Assembly: GCA_965178125.1 (NCBI GenBank) | Contig: OZ237736.1 | Span: forward strand, 1,488,001 to 1,552,000 | DNA from: Bilabrum cf. latius | Taxonomy: Eukaryota | DNA: 64,000 nt | Direction: 5' to 3' | In this document: positions 46,401-59,600 of the stretch, one piece after another | Layout of the letters: each line of letters starts with the position of its first letter | Numbering within the stretch: the first letter of the stretch is position 1 | Made by a program: the position numbers and the translations under genes | Notes under the pieces: model-generated | Told to the model about the DNA's origin: nothing | The model's input: only the letters and a program-made list of their open reading frames with translations | Database searches by the model: none

Positions 46401-49400
46401 GGTGGCATCCAGCGTTCGGGTGCACTGCATTGCGAGCAGCTCCGGCCAGCAGGGCACTGCGGCTCGCAGCTCCTCCCGCAGCAGGGCAGATGTGGCCGCC
46501 CGAGCCTCTCTGTGGTCTACGACCTCCACGACCTCCCTGCGCGCCTCCTCCGCCCGATCCCTGGGCTCGTCCCTGCCCTCGGCTAGCAGCACGAGGCTCT
46601 CACCGCACGCGCGGGCTGCCTCCTCGAACCACTGGAACTGCTGCACACGCTCGCACAGCTTGGCGTGCTTCCTGTGGGCGAGGCGGCCCCCCTCCGCGGG
46701 AGCAGGGCCTGCCGCCAGCTCCCTGTCCTCGTCCGACGGGAGGTCGGGAGGCGGGGCCGTGACCACGAGCCAGAGCAGCCGCAAGATGTTGGGCCTGCGC
46801 AGCATCTGGGCCGCCTTGCGCCCAACGGGCATGGCCATCGGTCGCAGGGGGGCATCCCACCCCGCCCTCTCCGCATCCCGAAGCGCTCGCCGCCTGGAGC
46901 TGCGGATGTGCTGCGCGATGTGGAGGAAGGCCCACACCGACACGCAGGCCGAACACAGCCCCGGAGTCCACGGCGAGCGCTCTTCCTCGTATGAAGCTGC
47001 GCTGCCCGCGCTCGCACCCGTCCCCTCGGCGCCCGGCAGCCGCAGTCCCCTCCTCCCGGACTCTGCCAGGCGGCGGTGGCACGCCGGCGACACGGCCAGC
47101 CACCCGAGCGCCTGCGCTGCAGCGAACTGCCCGATCCTCGCGTCGTCCAGCTTGTTGTTCCTCTGCACCACGGCGCCGTCGTAGCCCGGGCCCCGCTCCA
47201 CGCTATGCTCGACGGCATCCGCCATGCTGCGCGGCAGGTGCGGCAGTAGCTCCTCCAGCTGGTCGTCCAGTGCCGCTGCCGCAATCCAGCGGACCGCGTC
47301 GGGGCGGACCAGCCGCGCGGACACGCTGCCGCCGGCCGCTGCCAGCGCTCGCAGCGCCACGAGCACAGTCTCTCGCGTCTTGTCGTCCTGGGGCCGGCGA
47401 GGGCCCCACAGCAGCAGCCCGAGCAACTGCCCGGCAATGTCGGCCTCGGCAATACGGTCCTGCAGCGCGCGCTCCAGCGGGGGATGTGCCGGGTCTGCTC
47501 GCCGCCAGCCTCCAGCTAGCTCGCCCACCACGGCGCACGCCAGCCGCGCGCTCTCAGGCAGCCCCGCCTTGCGCACCTCTGGGTCGGCTTGGCTCGCTGA
47601 ACCAAGCGCCGCCTTCACCAGAGGCAGTATGCCGGCAGACACGAGAAGCATAGCTGCTCCAGCGGATGCGTTCGTGTCTCCCACTGGAGTGTCGACGACA
47701 TTTGCCACTGGCTACGCGAATTGCAGGCAAATTTTCCAGGCGACGGGGCTGTGCGGATCAGCGGCCAGCCCGCCCACGAGGTCGCGCAGGCCCTCCGCCT
47801 CGGCGAGGACCTGGCAGGCGCGCTGCGAGTTGTTGCTGCGGAGTACCAGCTCCAGGATGTCCAGGGGCCCGCCTCCAGGGCTAGACGCGGGCCGCGCGTG
47901 AGGTGACCCGGCGTGGCTGTCGTCCGCCCGGCCCATTGCGAGGGCTTGCGTCTCGGCCGCCGCGTCAAGTGCAGCTCGTGCGAATCGGGCGGCACTAGCA
48001 GCGGCGGAGCCGGCAAGCAAAGGCAGGGCCCCGCTGGCCAAGCTCTGGAGCACCTCGTTGTCGTGGTGCAGCAGAGCAACCAGCGAGCGGGCGGCAGAGG
48101 CTGAGTGCAGAGGGGGGTGTGCATCATCGCCCGCTTGCGATAAACTGGCCACCGCGGCGGCAGCAGCCTCCAGCACGATAGAGAGTGTCGCTGAGGAAGC
48201 ACCCCCGGAAGAATCGGCCCTACCCAGAGCTTGCTCTAGGCACTTCACCGCTGCTGGCCCAGCCACCAGCGCCACGGCACTGCCGTACTTTTGCTTCCCG
48301 GCCACTGCCAGGCTGAGAGCCCGCAGTGCGCCTGCAAGGACCACATCCTCATGGTGGATTCCTGCATCAGCGGAGGCCGGTCCGTCTTGAGCCGCTGCCT
48401 GCAGGTACCTGCCGATGCATAGGGCCAGCGATCCCTCGCTTCTGCCCAGCCCGTCGTTTCCCTCATCGTGAGCGGCCCACGCGCGAACGACATCCATTGC
48501 CCACTCCTCGGCTGCCCTGCCCCCGCCTGCTTCACCACCAGCGCCGGCACCACTCTCCGCAGACCTAGACTACCCCTCCGCCAAGCTGGCTCCGAAGGCG
48601 CGAAATAGGGACACGTGCAGGCCGGCGTGTGCCCACATGCCGTAGCTCACCCCGCCAGTTCGAGCCGACTCCAGCACAAGTTCACGAGCAGGTCTATCTA
48701 GGGGGGCACTTGCCGCGCAATAGCTAGGCAACGGCACAGCTTCGAATATCCTGCGCCACGTGCTTGCATCCCCGATACAACTGTTCCTACCCGTTGGCTC
48801 GCTGCGCACCGCTGCCTCACACGCCCCCACACAAGCTGCTGCAAGCTCTTCCTGATGTCCCCCCAGAGACACGGCAGTGTCCCGCAAGTGGCCAGGCAGC
48901 TAGTACGCCAGCCGCAATAGCCGCACCGCACACGAAGCAGCGCTGACCGCCCCGATTCTGCACATGCCATCCTCAAAAACAGGCAGTGGCGCAATGCCAG
49001 GGCTATCTCGTGGAACGTTGAAGCCGCAACAGGTCTGCCGCAAGCAACCAGCCAGCTTAAGAAGCGACGGCACGACGCGGGCGCGGCACAGCGTGGCCAC
49101 CACCGCGACGCTGCCTTCGCTGGTTCTGCCGCCGCTGGCCTTGCTCCCGCCTCCTGTGCCTTTCGTAGGCTCTAGCTTTACTAAAGACCCTGCCCCCGTC
49201 TCGGTGAGCCTGTGCAACAGAATGGCTGCAAGCACACCCCCCGCCACCGTCGGATCCCTCCAATACAGGGATGCCACTGTAGGTGGTGCGACCTGGCCTG
49301 AAGCGGCCTGTCCGATACCTTCATCGTGTCTTGTAGTGCCCTAGACATCTGTTTTCTTCTCTTTCTGTCTGTCTCTTGGTGCTCCTTCTGCCTCGACCCT

Positions 49401-50246
49401 ACCGGTTTCCTGCCTTGGGTCCGGGCCGCAACCGGCGCCCGTGCACGCCGTTGCGATTGACTCCAGCCGCGCACAAGCAGCCTGAATCAGAGCAGCAAGC
49501 TATCGCGGGAGTATGAGCGATGACCCGCCTAGTAATGACGGCGCCGCCGGGCTTCTCGCGAGAGAGAGGAGCAAAACGAGGCTCGGCACGAGCACGGGCA
49601 CTGGTGCGGGCCGCTCTGACTCCGACTCGCGGGCGAGCACGGAGGGCCCCCCGGCGTCCTCTGGCAGAGCAGCGCTGCCACCAGCACCGGCCCCGATACA
49701 CACGAATAGATGGTTCTGTATAATCCGGGCAACGGCGTCGCCTGTACCTCTAGACAAAGCGACCGGTCGCACTGCCGGCATGCGCGCAAGCCGTATCGCT
49801 GATTCAATCGTTGTGGCTGCCCGGTCTGCCTCAACGTCGTCCTTGTAGCCGCTTCCGTCTGGAAGCGGTGACATGCACGAAACAAGGGCATCCCACTTCA
49901 CCGGCGAACCAGCCAGCGAACGGCCGCTTTTTCCTGCGAATGAAGCTGCCAGCAGCAGCCCGGCACTCCAGCTAAAGAACGGGTCCCGGCCAGCAGGTGG
50001 TGCGGCCTCTTTTCCACCTGTCTTGATCGCGACGCAATCTGGAAGCTTCTTGCCAATCTTTCTCATGGATTTCACTGCTGCAGCCTTCTTCCCTTCGCTG
50101 ATGATGTCGCACAACTTGAGTGCTGCCGTCCAGCTTGCCCGGGGATCGCTCCCAACGGCCACTTGAGCTGTCTCATCGATGTCCTACTCCAATGGCGGAG
50201 ATGGTCCACTCAGTAAACTCAATATATTTTGCAGCTCATGCTACAT
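43491..50246 (-). CDS. Large (~2250 aa) protein kinase with ARM/HEAT-like helical N-terminal region
   Basis: Kinase at ~46160-45100: LGGGAFGDVW, LAVK, ENEL, HRDLKLEN, DFG, YAPPE, DVFALG. Seven track ORFs share one frame joined by TAGs; ends TGA. Start 50246 inferred; ARM call rests on Ala/Leu-rich helical pattern only. Confidence 0.78.
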
Positions 50247-51307
50247 TTGGTATTATGAGAAGCATTTCTGGGGAGAAACCTCAATGGATTCGGAGTGCGG
50301 ATAGAAACAGGCAAGCAGGATGAATGATCAGTCCTTGGAATTCATATTCGTCTTCCAAGTGTTATGTTGGCCATATTGTTTATGGGCTTGGTTGCTGTAT
50401 GCGCCGCACAAGGAGCTAGCAATGATACAGTGCGTGGTTGCACCTGCGTATCCGACTGCGAGACTACATTTGGATTTCTTGCTGCGTGGTGCTACACTAG
50501 CCCGCCAGGGGGTCCCGCTCCAATAGACCCATGTGGATAGAGGCTGCAAGCGCAAAACGCGTATTGGGACTACTGCTTGGAGGGTGCTGAGCAGACACAA
50601 GTGTTTCGGACTTTCAGATGTGAGGTATCGATGATATGTCTGGCATTGATGGAAACGAACAGAAATTAGAATGACGCCATTAAGAAGTTTCTCAATTACT
50701 CTCTTCCGCAGCGATGTACTGGGAACTAGTGCGTTGGACTGTGATGATCTGCTCCACTGCCTTCGGTGCTTTTGCAATTTACGCTTCTTCCGCTTGCGCT
50801 ACGCGCGGAATGCTAGTTCTTCCACTCGCTGTAGTGGCTTCAATCAGTGCGTATGGAGCCTTGATGAGTTTTATAGCTGGGCTAGTGGTATTCTTACCGG
50901 TGACATAGATATTCTTGGCGATGCCGTACGCATTGGGCCGGTTGGAAGTAGCTTTTCTAGCCGCAGCGCTTTCTCTAGTGCTGTTATACCTTCATTCCGG
51001 TCGAGGGGCGCTGCCTATGCGTAGAGAAGTGGGGGCAGGCAAGATGCCGCCGTCATCTGTGGCGAGTGGCTCCGCCACCGGGACATGATCTCGGCGATCC
51101 GAACTGCTACCAGTTGTAGTACTGGCTCGACCACTAGTGCATGGAGCGCTCGCACTGGCCACAAGCTAAAGGGAAGTGGGTCACTATACTAGTAGACAAC
51201 AGGCAATATTGTTTCAACACGTGCCAAAGTACGCGGGAAGCAGGCAGGCACTATAGCCCACGATGGAGGTGGACGACACCCCCAAGTGCATAGAGCCCAC
51301 GATGAGC

Positions 51308-54300
51308 TCAGCCGCGCCAGTAGTAGAGGGACCCATCGTCGGCTCGGGCGAGCCAGCCGTGCTGGTTGTAGGCATGTCCTTCCTCGGTGTAGCACACGCA
51401 CAGCGCCGGGTCGTCCTGCACGTCTTCCTCCCAGAAAGCTAGCGGGGGCGGGTCTGCGGACGTGCTCTGTAGGGCGGCGCCGGCAGAGAGTGGAGTCATG
51501 GTAGCTGTTGGGTCCACGTGAATGCTTGGGGCGAACGAGCCTGCAGCATGGCTGCTCTTCGGTGCCACGACATCTTCTTCAAGTTGAAGCTTATCCACCG
51601 AGACCTCGCTGCCAGTGGTGTCTGCAGGCTGTGTCGAGACGAGTGGAGACTGCGACTGGTGTGACTAGTGTAACCCTGGAGACTTGTTCCCTGAGCCGCC
51701 GCCGAGGGCTATCCTCTCTACAAGGGCCGCTGCCCGCACCTAGGCATCAGTCTGACGGACGGCCTCTTCCGCCCGCAACCGCTCTGCCTCTGCCTCTGCC
51801 CTGGCGGCTGCTTGTGCCTCGAGACGAGCCAGGTCCTCGGGGGTATCCTGGGGCCACCCGCAGGCCACGTGGGCGAATGCGGGCATGGTGGAACCGCCCA
51901 CGTGCAGCATGGCGGCAGATGACTTGGACTTGCCTGCCTCCACCTGCACCACGTGCGCCCACAGAGTCTCGCGGGCGTGCTTGCCGCCAGGCGTGGTCAG
52001 GCCGGGCAGAGGAGGGCCCTCGCCCAGCCCGAGGTCGAGGACGGTCTTAGGTCGCCGGGGGTGACTGGCCGCCCGGGTTGCGCCGGCACCAGTACTACCA
52101 GCGGTGCCTCCTAGGGGTCCTTCAGGCGCGGGCGGTGCCCCCCCTTGCAGCCCCTCGTGCCGGGGCTCTGGACTTGAATGGACATGCGACGCAGATGCGG
52201 CCTGCTTTGTCTCTTCTATCTCATCCTTTGCGAATTCATCGGCCGAAGCGCCAATCCACACCGCCTCCTGCTCCAGCCGCGCTGCCAGCCTGGGCGCTAC
52301 TTCGCTCTGCCAAGTGACAGCTTCGGCGGCCTGAGCCACTTCATCTGCGACTCGCTCCGACGGCACGCCTCGCACCAGTCCGCGCGCATCCACGTGCCAG
52401 TAGACGGGGGCGCGCTCCCAACTGGCACCGTCCGATGGAACGCCGCGGGACATGGGTATCACGCGCACCTCGAGGCCGCCGCTCGACCCAGCCCCGCTGG
52501 CTTCTCCTCTGACGGCAGTCGCCGCAGGCGAAGGCCCCTCTGGCCACCGCCCATCCCCAGGCCTTGCCCCGCCGCTGTGGCCCTCGTCCGCGCCTCTCCC
52601 CTGCAGCTCCCCGTCCCCCGCATCGCCCGGATTCTCCCACCGCAATGCGTGCGTGGCCGGGTCGAACCACCAGGGCACGCCCCAGCGCGTGACTCTCCTC
52701 TCCCAGCGCCCCGGCTCGATCGGCAGGTCTGTGTTCCCCAAGAGCCAGTCGGGCCTCCTGCGAGTCATCACGTCCGACACCACCGCCTTGTAGTAGTACG
52801 ACCCAGCCTCCAGGTCGTAGCCCTTGATCCACGCTCGGCGCAGCAGCGAGAGAGCAATAGACCTGCCCCGCTCCTTCCTTACCCACCGCTGGATCTTGGT
52901 GGCCACGGCCCCGCGCATCTGCTCCTCCTCCCGGCGGTGCATTTCATCGAGCTTCCTCAGCCGCTCTTGCAGCTGCCTCGTGAGCGCCCTCCGCGCGCCC
53001 TCCCGCCGTCCCGCCAGCCTCCTGCCTGCCTCTGCCACGGCCTCCTCCGCCATCGCCAGCTTGCACTCGAACATGCAGTCCACTGGGCGCGAACCCCTCG
53101 ACCGGGCCAGCTCGGCCGCGCGGGAGGTCAGCTCCTCCTGGAGCTTGTCGTACTTGGCGCGAGCTTCGGGCTTCTCCGGGCCGGGCCTGTCGCCCTCCAT
53201 GGCGGACAAGATGGCCTTCCGCGACTCCAGGGCCTCTTGCTCCGCCTTTTCGTCCCACTCGCGGTGCATGGCCACGAGGGATTCGACGGAGCGGGCGTGC
53301 TCCTCCTGGCGCTCGCGGGCCAGCCGCCGTCGGAAGAACTCCTGCTGCGCGCGGAAACGCACCCGGCGGTTCCGCAGCACGCCGGTCCACTCCAGCGCCA
53401 GCCGCTTGTCCTCCTCTACCCTCTGCTGCCGCCGCTGCTCCACGAACGTGGCCACCTCCATCACGTCGAATCTGGCAGCCCGCCTCACGCCCCTGAGCTC
53501 CTAGTCCGCTGCCGCCCTGACCCTCCGGGCGGCGACGTCCCAGGCTCGCTTGCGGTGCACCATCTTCTGCACGACCCTCCTCCTGTACATGGACTGCACC
53601 AGCGTCGCCGCGCGCTCCATGGCCCCCCTCTCGGCCTCTGCAAGCCTCTGCATGGCCTGCCACGCCCGCGCCCGGAATATAATCTCCACGAAGCGCCGGT
53701 TGGCGACCTTGTGCCTGAAATAGCGCTGCAGGACTGCCACTGCCCAGCGCATGCGACGCACCACCTCCCGGGCGGCTCGAACAGCCTTGGCCCGGCGCCA
53801 AGCGCGCTGCAGCCCGAGCACCGCGGTTCGGTGCATGCGGCGGTCCTTGAGCTCCTGCGGTGCGGACAGCAAGTTGGCGAGGCAAGCTCACGAAGAATTG
53901 TGCCGACAAAGCTGCTGCGCATCATGCAGGAATTTTCGCGGGATGTATGTCTCGCGCCCCCGACGGGCGGGCGCGCGCGGGCTGGAGAAAGGACCCGCGC
54001 GCGACCAGGTGATCGATGCCGGGAGACAGCGGTGAAGTGGTTTGGTATCGCACCGAAGCGAAGCCGACACTTGGCTGGGAAAGTTGGCCGTGTGCGGTAT
54101 TAGGCGGTGCATGCAATGGGAAGCCGGCAGAAATACAATCGAAACCATCATGCTCACCTGTCTCGCACGCGCCCCTCTCCAGGCGCACTGTATCATCTCG
54201 GCGCTCTGCCTGCGCGTTGCATTGGATCCGAACGCTCGCATGCCCGCCAGCTGCCAGTGCCGCTTCACCTTGATGTGCCACATGAGCAGGATGTACCTCG

Positions 54301-56373
54301 CCCTGCGCCTGCTCCTGGCCCGTCGCTTCATCCAGCGGAAGGACAGCCGAAGCACCTTGAGCTTGCGCGCCTCGAGCGCCCGGTGGGTCTTCAGGTCGGT
54401 CAGCTTGTCCGATAGCCTCTGCGCCCGGAGCGCCTCGACGTGCATCGCCTCGTACGGCGAGAGCACCTAGTGTGCCTGCAGCTGCTCCTCTGTGTAGAGA
54501 GCCCGGGACAGCCGCCTGCTCTTGAGCTCCAGGAAGGTATCCTCGAAGAGCAGGCACAAGGACGGGTGCCGGAACAGACGCTCCACGCCGCGGGAGGTCA
54601 GATGCACCAGCCGCAGCCGCTGCGTGCGGCTCACTGCAGCCGCCTCGCCCACTGGCCCCAGCTCTGCACCTTCCGCCAGGACGGCTGGGTGCTCCTTCCT
54701 GCTGGCTGGGTGGGTGCTGGCCAACGGGGGAAGAAGCCGTCCAGCAGCAGCAGTCGGGGCGGCAGCTCCTTGTTCGGCGCCTCCTGATACCGCCATGGAC
54801 AGGCTTCCATCAGTGGCGCTCTGCTCGGCACCGATCGCGGTCACCTCGGAGCTCGGTTTGTCCTCTCGAGAGGAGCTTGATCGCGCAGCTTCAGATCGTT
54901 TGGTCCTTGGCCTCGCGGCCCTGAGGCTGTCCTGCCAGAGGCGCACACCGCCGCCGCGCCTGCCTGTTTCAACAAGGATGGACCCGGCAGTGGCGGGAGC
55001 AAGCTGCTCACCGACTGCGACGTCATCTCCGTGCGCACCCCTCAGCATGCCGGGGACTGCTGTGCGCCCCACAGGAGGGATCGCCCCCTGACCCTGACCC
55101 TGCCCCTGCCCACCACCACCCGCACCCGAATCCGCATACGGACGGCGCGGGAGAAACGCACCCGGGACTGACGGGGGCGATACGTGCGGCGGCAGTGGTC
55201 CGCCCTGACCGCTGGCAGCCTGCTGCGCCTGCCCACGGGCAGCAGCACGAGAGACCCGCCTCCGAGTCGTGGCTTCATTCCAAACATGCACCTAGACCGG
55301 GGCTTCAGTCGTTGCGACATGGAGGCGGGTCTGCCCGTCGGATGCAGTCGTACCCGAAGCTTGCGCGCCAAGGCTCTTCTGCAGCATCTCTCGCCTCGCT
55401 TGCTGCGCCTGCTGGATCTCTGCCCGCCTTGAATCCGCGCGCGCGGCCTCCCGCTGCCTGCCCCTGGCCCTTGCTGCCTCCGCCTCGGCATACACGTCAG
55501 GGATCCCGTCCGATTCGGCAAACCAAAGCAGCGCCCGCTGAAGCCGCATCGATAATTTGGCGCGCTGCTCGCTATCACCGATGGGGAGGCAGAGCAATCG
55601 CTCGATATCGGCGGGCCGCGCACGACCACTGCTGGATGCATCGACAAGAACCTTGCATCCGTCCAATGCCCACCGTCTCCAGTCTACGACGCCAAAGTCT
55701 GTCGCCTAAAAGGCACAATATATCATACGCATATCAACGACACGATCTGGATCATCAGTCACCCTCACGAGGCTGCGAGAAGGGCCCATCGCGAACGCAC
55801 CAGACGACAACTCTGCCGCTGCCCACATCGACAGCAAGTTTTTCGTATCCTTTCGCACCTATCCGACAACAATCCTGGTAGCATCAACCAAACCACCTTG
55901 CCTAGAGTTGAAAAAGGCGTGCAGGACGGCCTTAAATCGGACCGCGGTAATCGTACCAGACGGATTGCTGTCCGTAAGCTTTTCCAGAAATCTCTCCAGA
56001 CCAAGCCGAACAGGTAACATGTCGAATTTATGGCGCTGCGTGGTCGGTTGAGTCCAAACAATATCATCGACATTCCCTGTGTGAATACTAATTCGAATTC
56101 TGCGGACGCGCTAGCTACAGTATTCCCCTGACTTACCAATTCCCCAAGAAAATACCACGTACTGTCTCGCTAGGACCTTAACATTGTTGGATCCGCACTC
56201 CTTGAGCTCCTCCCAATATCCGAAGTGGCCAATACAAAATCTCGGTCCTCCTGGCTCGGCACGAGCAGCCCGTCTTGACCTTCTTCATCCTGCAGCCGAG
56301 GCTACCAAGGTCCGCTTCCTGCCTCAGCCCGGGCCGCTCTTAGAACCTACTATAGCTGCGCAATAGCACTCAT
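51308..56373 (-). CDS. IQ-motif, coiled-coil and WW-domain protein
   Basis: IQ-like motifs IQCAWRG, LQRAWRR, LQRYFR, VQSMYR, IQRWVR; WW-like WIKGYDLEAGSYYY, WERRVTRWGVPWWFDP..W and terminal GWLARADDGSLYYW. Intron ~54157-53855. The frame is open apart from TAGs up to ~56110; a first exon from ATG 56373 is tentative. Confidence 0.6.
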
Positions 56374-56646
56374 ATCTACGCCGTCATTACCGTCACATTT
56401 GTGCAGGACGAGCCCAGGGGCCACAGAATACCAAAATTTGCGGCTTCTGAAAGTAGCGTGTATGTTTGTGACGTAGCCGGCTTCGACTTTACCGCTTTAG
56501 GACTTGTCCAACTAGCTGCACTTGACTATTGAGCTGAGACAGTCAGGGTAGTTTGCCTTTCATCGAGGAGATTGGTTTGGATCTTGGGTATAGTGCGCCA
56601 GCCCTGACCTGCATCGAGCGTATTGATCGGACGGCATCTATTTCCG

Positions 56647-59600
56647 ATGCTTCGGCGAGCGGCTTCCCTAAATGCTGTGGCCTCCTCAGGCACGAAATTG
56701 GAATGCCATCACCGTAGATCTGAGAATAGTGTTGATCTTTCGAGGCTCCCTCGGGAGCTCTTGCTGAGCATGATCGTGCAGCCTGGCGAGCCGACATTCG
56801 CCAGGACTGACAACGACAGAATTTAGAATGGTGGCTTCTGTGTGGTCGTGAAGGGGTGGGACACAGCAAGACGGAAATCAGTGGCCATCAAAATATTGAA
56901 CAGCTTGATATGCACTGCTGATAGTTGGCACTGCTACCTTGCGGCGGCGGTGAACGAGGTCAACCTTACTCGCATGGTACGCGCCTGCGCACCACCCAGC
57001 ATGAAAAAGCACTTCTTGAGGATATATGGCGTCCACAAGGATCAAGGTGATCACATCAAAATCGCAATGGAGCTGTGCAATATTCATGACATGCAGGAGC
57101 GCATGCGGAAGATGCAGATTGTGCGGGACATGCTCAAGTCTCAGGTGCTCGGATACCCCATCGAAGCCGTTCAGGGCATAATGTGGCAGCTTCTCCGAAT
57201 TTTAATTGTTTTAAGGCACTGCGGGGTTGCGCACCGCGACATCAAGCTGGAAAACCTGCTGGTGGCACGACGAATCCCAATGGAGGCACCTCCGCGAGGC
57301 TTCGAGTCGAGCAAGCAGGAGCGCACGGGCCTCTCGGGCCAGCTAGATCATCTCGACCAGAAAAGCGCTTCGGATTCAGCCTACGCGTCACGTCGTACAG
57401 CCAGCGAATCCCGCTTTGTCGAGGGAATCGAGAGCGAGTCCTTCCAGAGCGCCGAGGAGCTCGGCGGGGTCACTTTTGGTGGAGCGCCGGACAGCCGCGC
57501 GCAGTACCGGGAGCTGTCGCACCACAGGGCTCCAATACAGCAAGTTGTAGATACTTCTGCTGCAGTTTCCGGTTCCGGTCCGGCTTTTGATGCTAAAGGG
57601 GAGGTCCGCAGCCCTATCGCCGCAGTTCCGTCCGTGGCGTCATTGGGTTAGATCTGGTCCAGCGGGAGGAGCCTGCTGGGGTAGGCCGGCGCGCAAGGGG
57701 AGAGCCTGCCGGCGGGTTAGCAGGCACACCCAGAAGCATCGCAAGTGGCTGACCACCACAAAGGCTCGAACTCAAAGGCATCGAAACCGGCAGCCAGCGC
57801 TCCCCAGGGCAAGCGGGCAGGTGGGGGGCACGTGGCAGGCGACGAGGACTGGGACGATTCGCTGGTGGCAGACCCCGACCTGGCAGCGATGATCGAGCGA
57901 GACCTCGCCCTCATCGGGCCGCACCCTGGCTCCGCCTTCAGCATGGAGTCAGACCCAGCAGAGGTGTTCAGGAGCGAAGACCCACAGCACGCGAGGTTCA
58001 TCTGGACCACGACTGACGCCAAGTTCTGGGCGGTGCCCCCGGAGAAGGGGGGCCACGACATGGTCCTGGGGGACTTCGGGCTGGCCACCAAGGTGGTCGG
58101 GCCGGATGTCATGTATGGGAAGCACCCCGGGACGGGGCAGTACCGTGCCCCGGAGCTGTTCTACGTCGGCACTCGGTACGAGGGCGCGAATCCCCCGGGG
58201 AAGGAGGACGTGTTCTCTGCGGGGGTTCTGATGCACATCCTGCTGACGGGCTACAAGCCCTTCAGAGAGGGCAGAAGCGGCGGAAAGCGGGCGCGCGACG
58301 GCTCCCGCACAGGGACGAGTAGTGGTAGACGGTCAGTATCCTCCTTGTCCCACGTATCATCCAAGCCCCCCCCTGCCGCTTCGACGGGGAAGGGGCCGCA
58401 GGCGTCTGCCGCGTCATCGCAATTCACGGCTCGCCTCACCAGCAGTGGCAGCTCCGCAGCGGGACGGGGGGACTAGGCGGGCGGGCGCGGGTTGCTGCCC
58501 CGGGGTGCCTCGTTCGTTCTGCCGGTGCAAGGCGTCACAAAGTCGCTGGACGACGGGTTCAGGCACAGGATGGAGCCGCAGAGCCAAAAACAGGGGCCTG
58601 ACGTGCCCCAGCTCGTGCAGGCGAGCATCCCGCAGCTCAGGTCCCCGAGCATCCAGCGGCCTTGGTTCGCTGCGATGCCGCAGCGGGCGCAGGGCTTCAT
58701 GCTGCGGCTGCTGGCCAAGCACCCCGTGCTCCGCCCCGAGGCCATGGAGGCGCTCAGCAGCCCCTTCTTTCACGGGACCGGGACGGATGGGTGGAAGGCG
58801 CAGCTGCAGGCCCGCAAGGCCAGCAAGCAAACGACCCAGGCGTTCGGCTGGATGATAAAGCCGCCCACAGCAGCAGCAGCGACAGACTGGCAGGACAGTC
58901 CGCTCGGCCCTGGATCTGTGTCCAAGTCAAAAGGGGTGCTGGGGCGGGCGATGTCCTCGCAGGCTGCTTCGATGTCGAGGCACCGGCCTTCGCACCGGCT
59001 CGCTGCTCGAGAGCTGTCGGCGGCTGCCGTGCGGAGGCCCACTCCTGCAGCAGCAGCTGCCACTGCCACTGGTGGCAGCTCCAGGGCCGTCACGGGCAGC
59101 TCAATCAGGCTGGGCTCCGTGCCGATCGCGAGCGGCGTGCGGATGCCCTCTGTCTCGACCGTGAGCTCCCACCGGACACCGCGCAGGACACGGCGCATGG
59201 CCAGGGCCCAGGCGGCGACGCATCGAGAGCAGTTCAACCCGGCCGAGGGCGTGCGGGTGCTGCTGGGCGACGCCGAGAAAGAGAGAAGGAGGGACGAGGG
59301 CGGGGAAGCAGATAACCGGTCGAGCCCCGTGGCCGCCAGAGCAACTTCTGCAAGCTCAATGCCTGGCGAACGGGAAGCAAGCGCGTCACCGGCGAGTGCA
59401 AGATCGGGTGATGCCGATGGCACGGCTGACAGGTTGGGCGCTGCATCGCAGCCTGTCTAGGGCAGCGGTGGGGCATCCCGCGGGGACGAAGCCGGCCCCC
59501 TTGGCGACGGAGCGGTGGGCGTGGGCCCGTAGCTGGCTGCGGAGCTGCAGCCGCCCCCCATCACGCGGCGCGAGACCACGAGGGAGGGCGAGGTCGTGAC

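Noticed and set aside
50250-51300. AT-richer 1-kb stretch with a 149-aa minus ORF (50328-50777)
   Set aside because: The minus-strand frames I read contain TAA/TGA even with TAG=Gln; no domain or terminal repeats seen. Left unannotated.
56111-56136. Possible 26-nt intron (GTAAGT...CTAG) in the IQ/WW gene
   Set aside because: It would join the frames, but it is far shorter than the other introns here (~90-170 nt); cannot be supported without transcripts.
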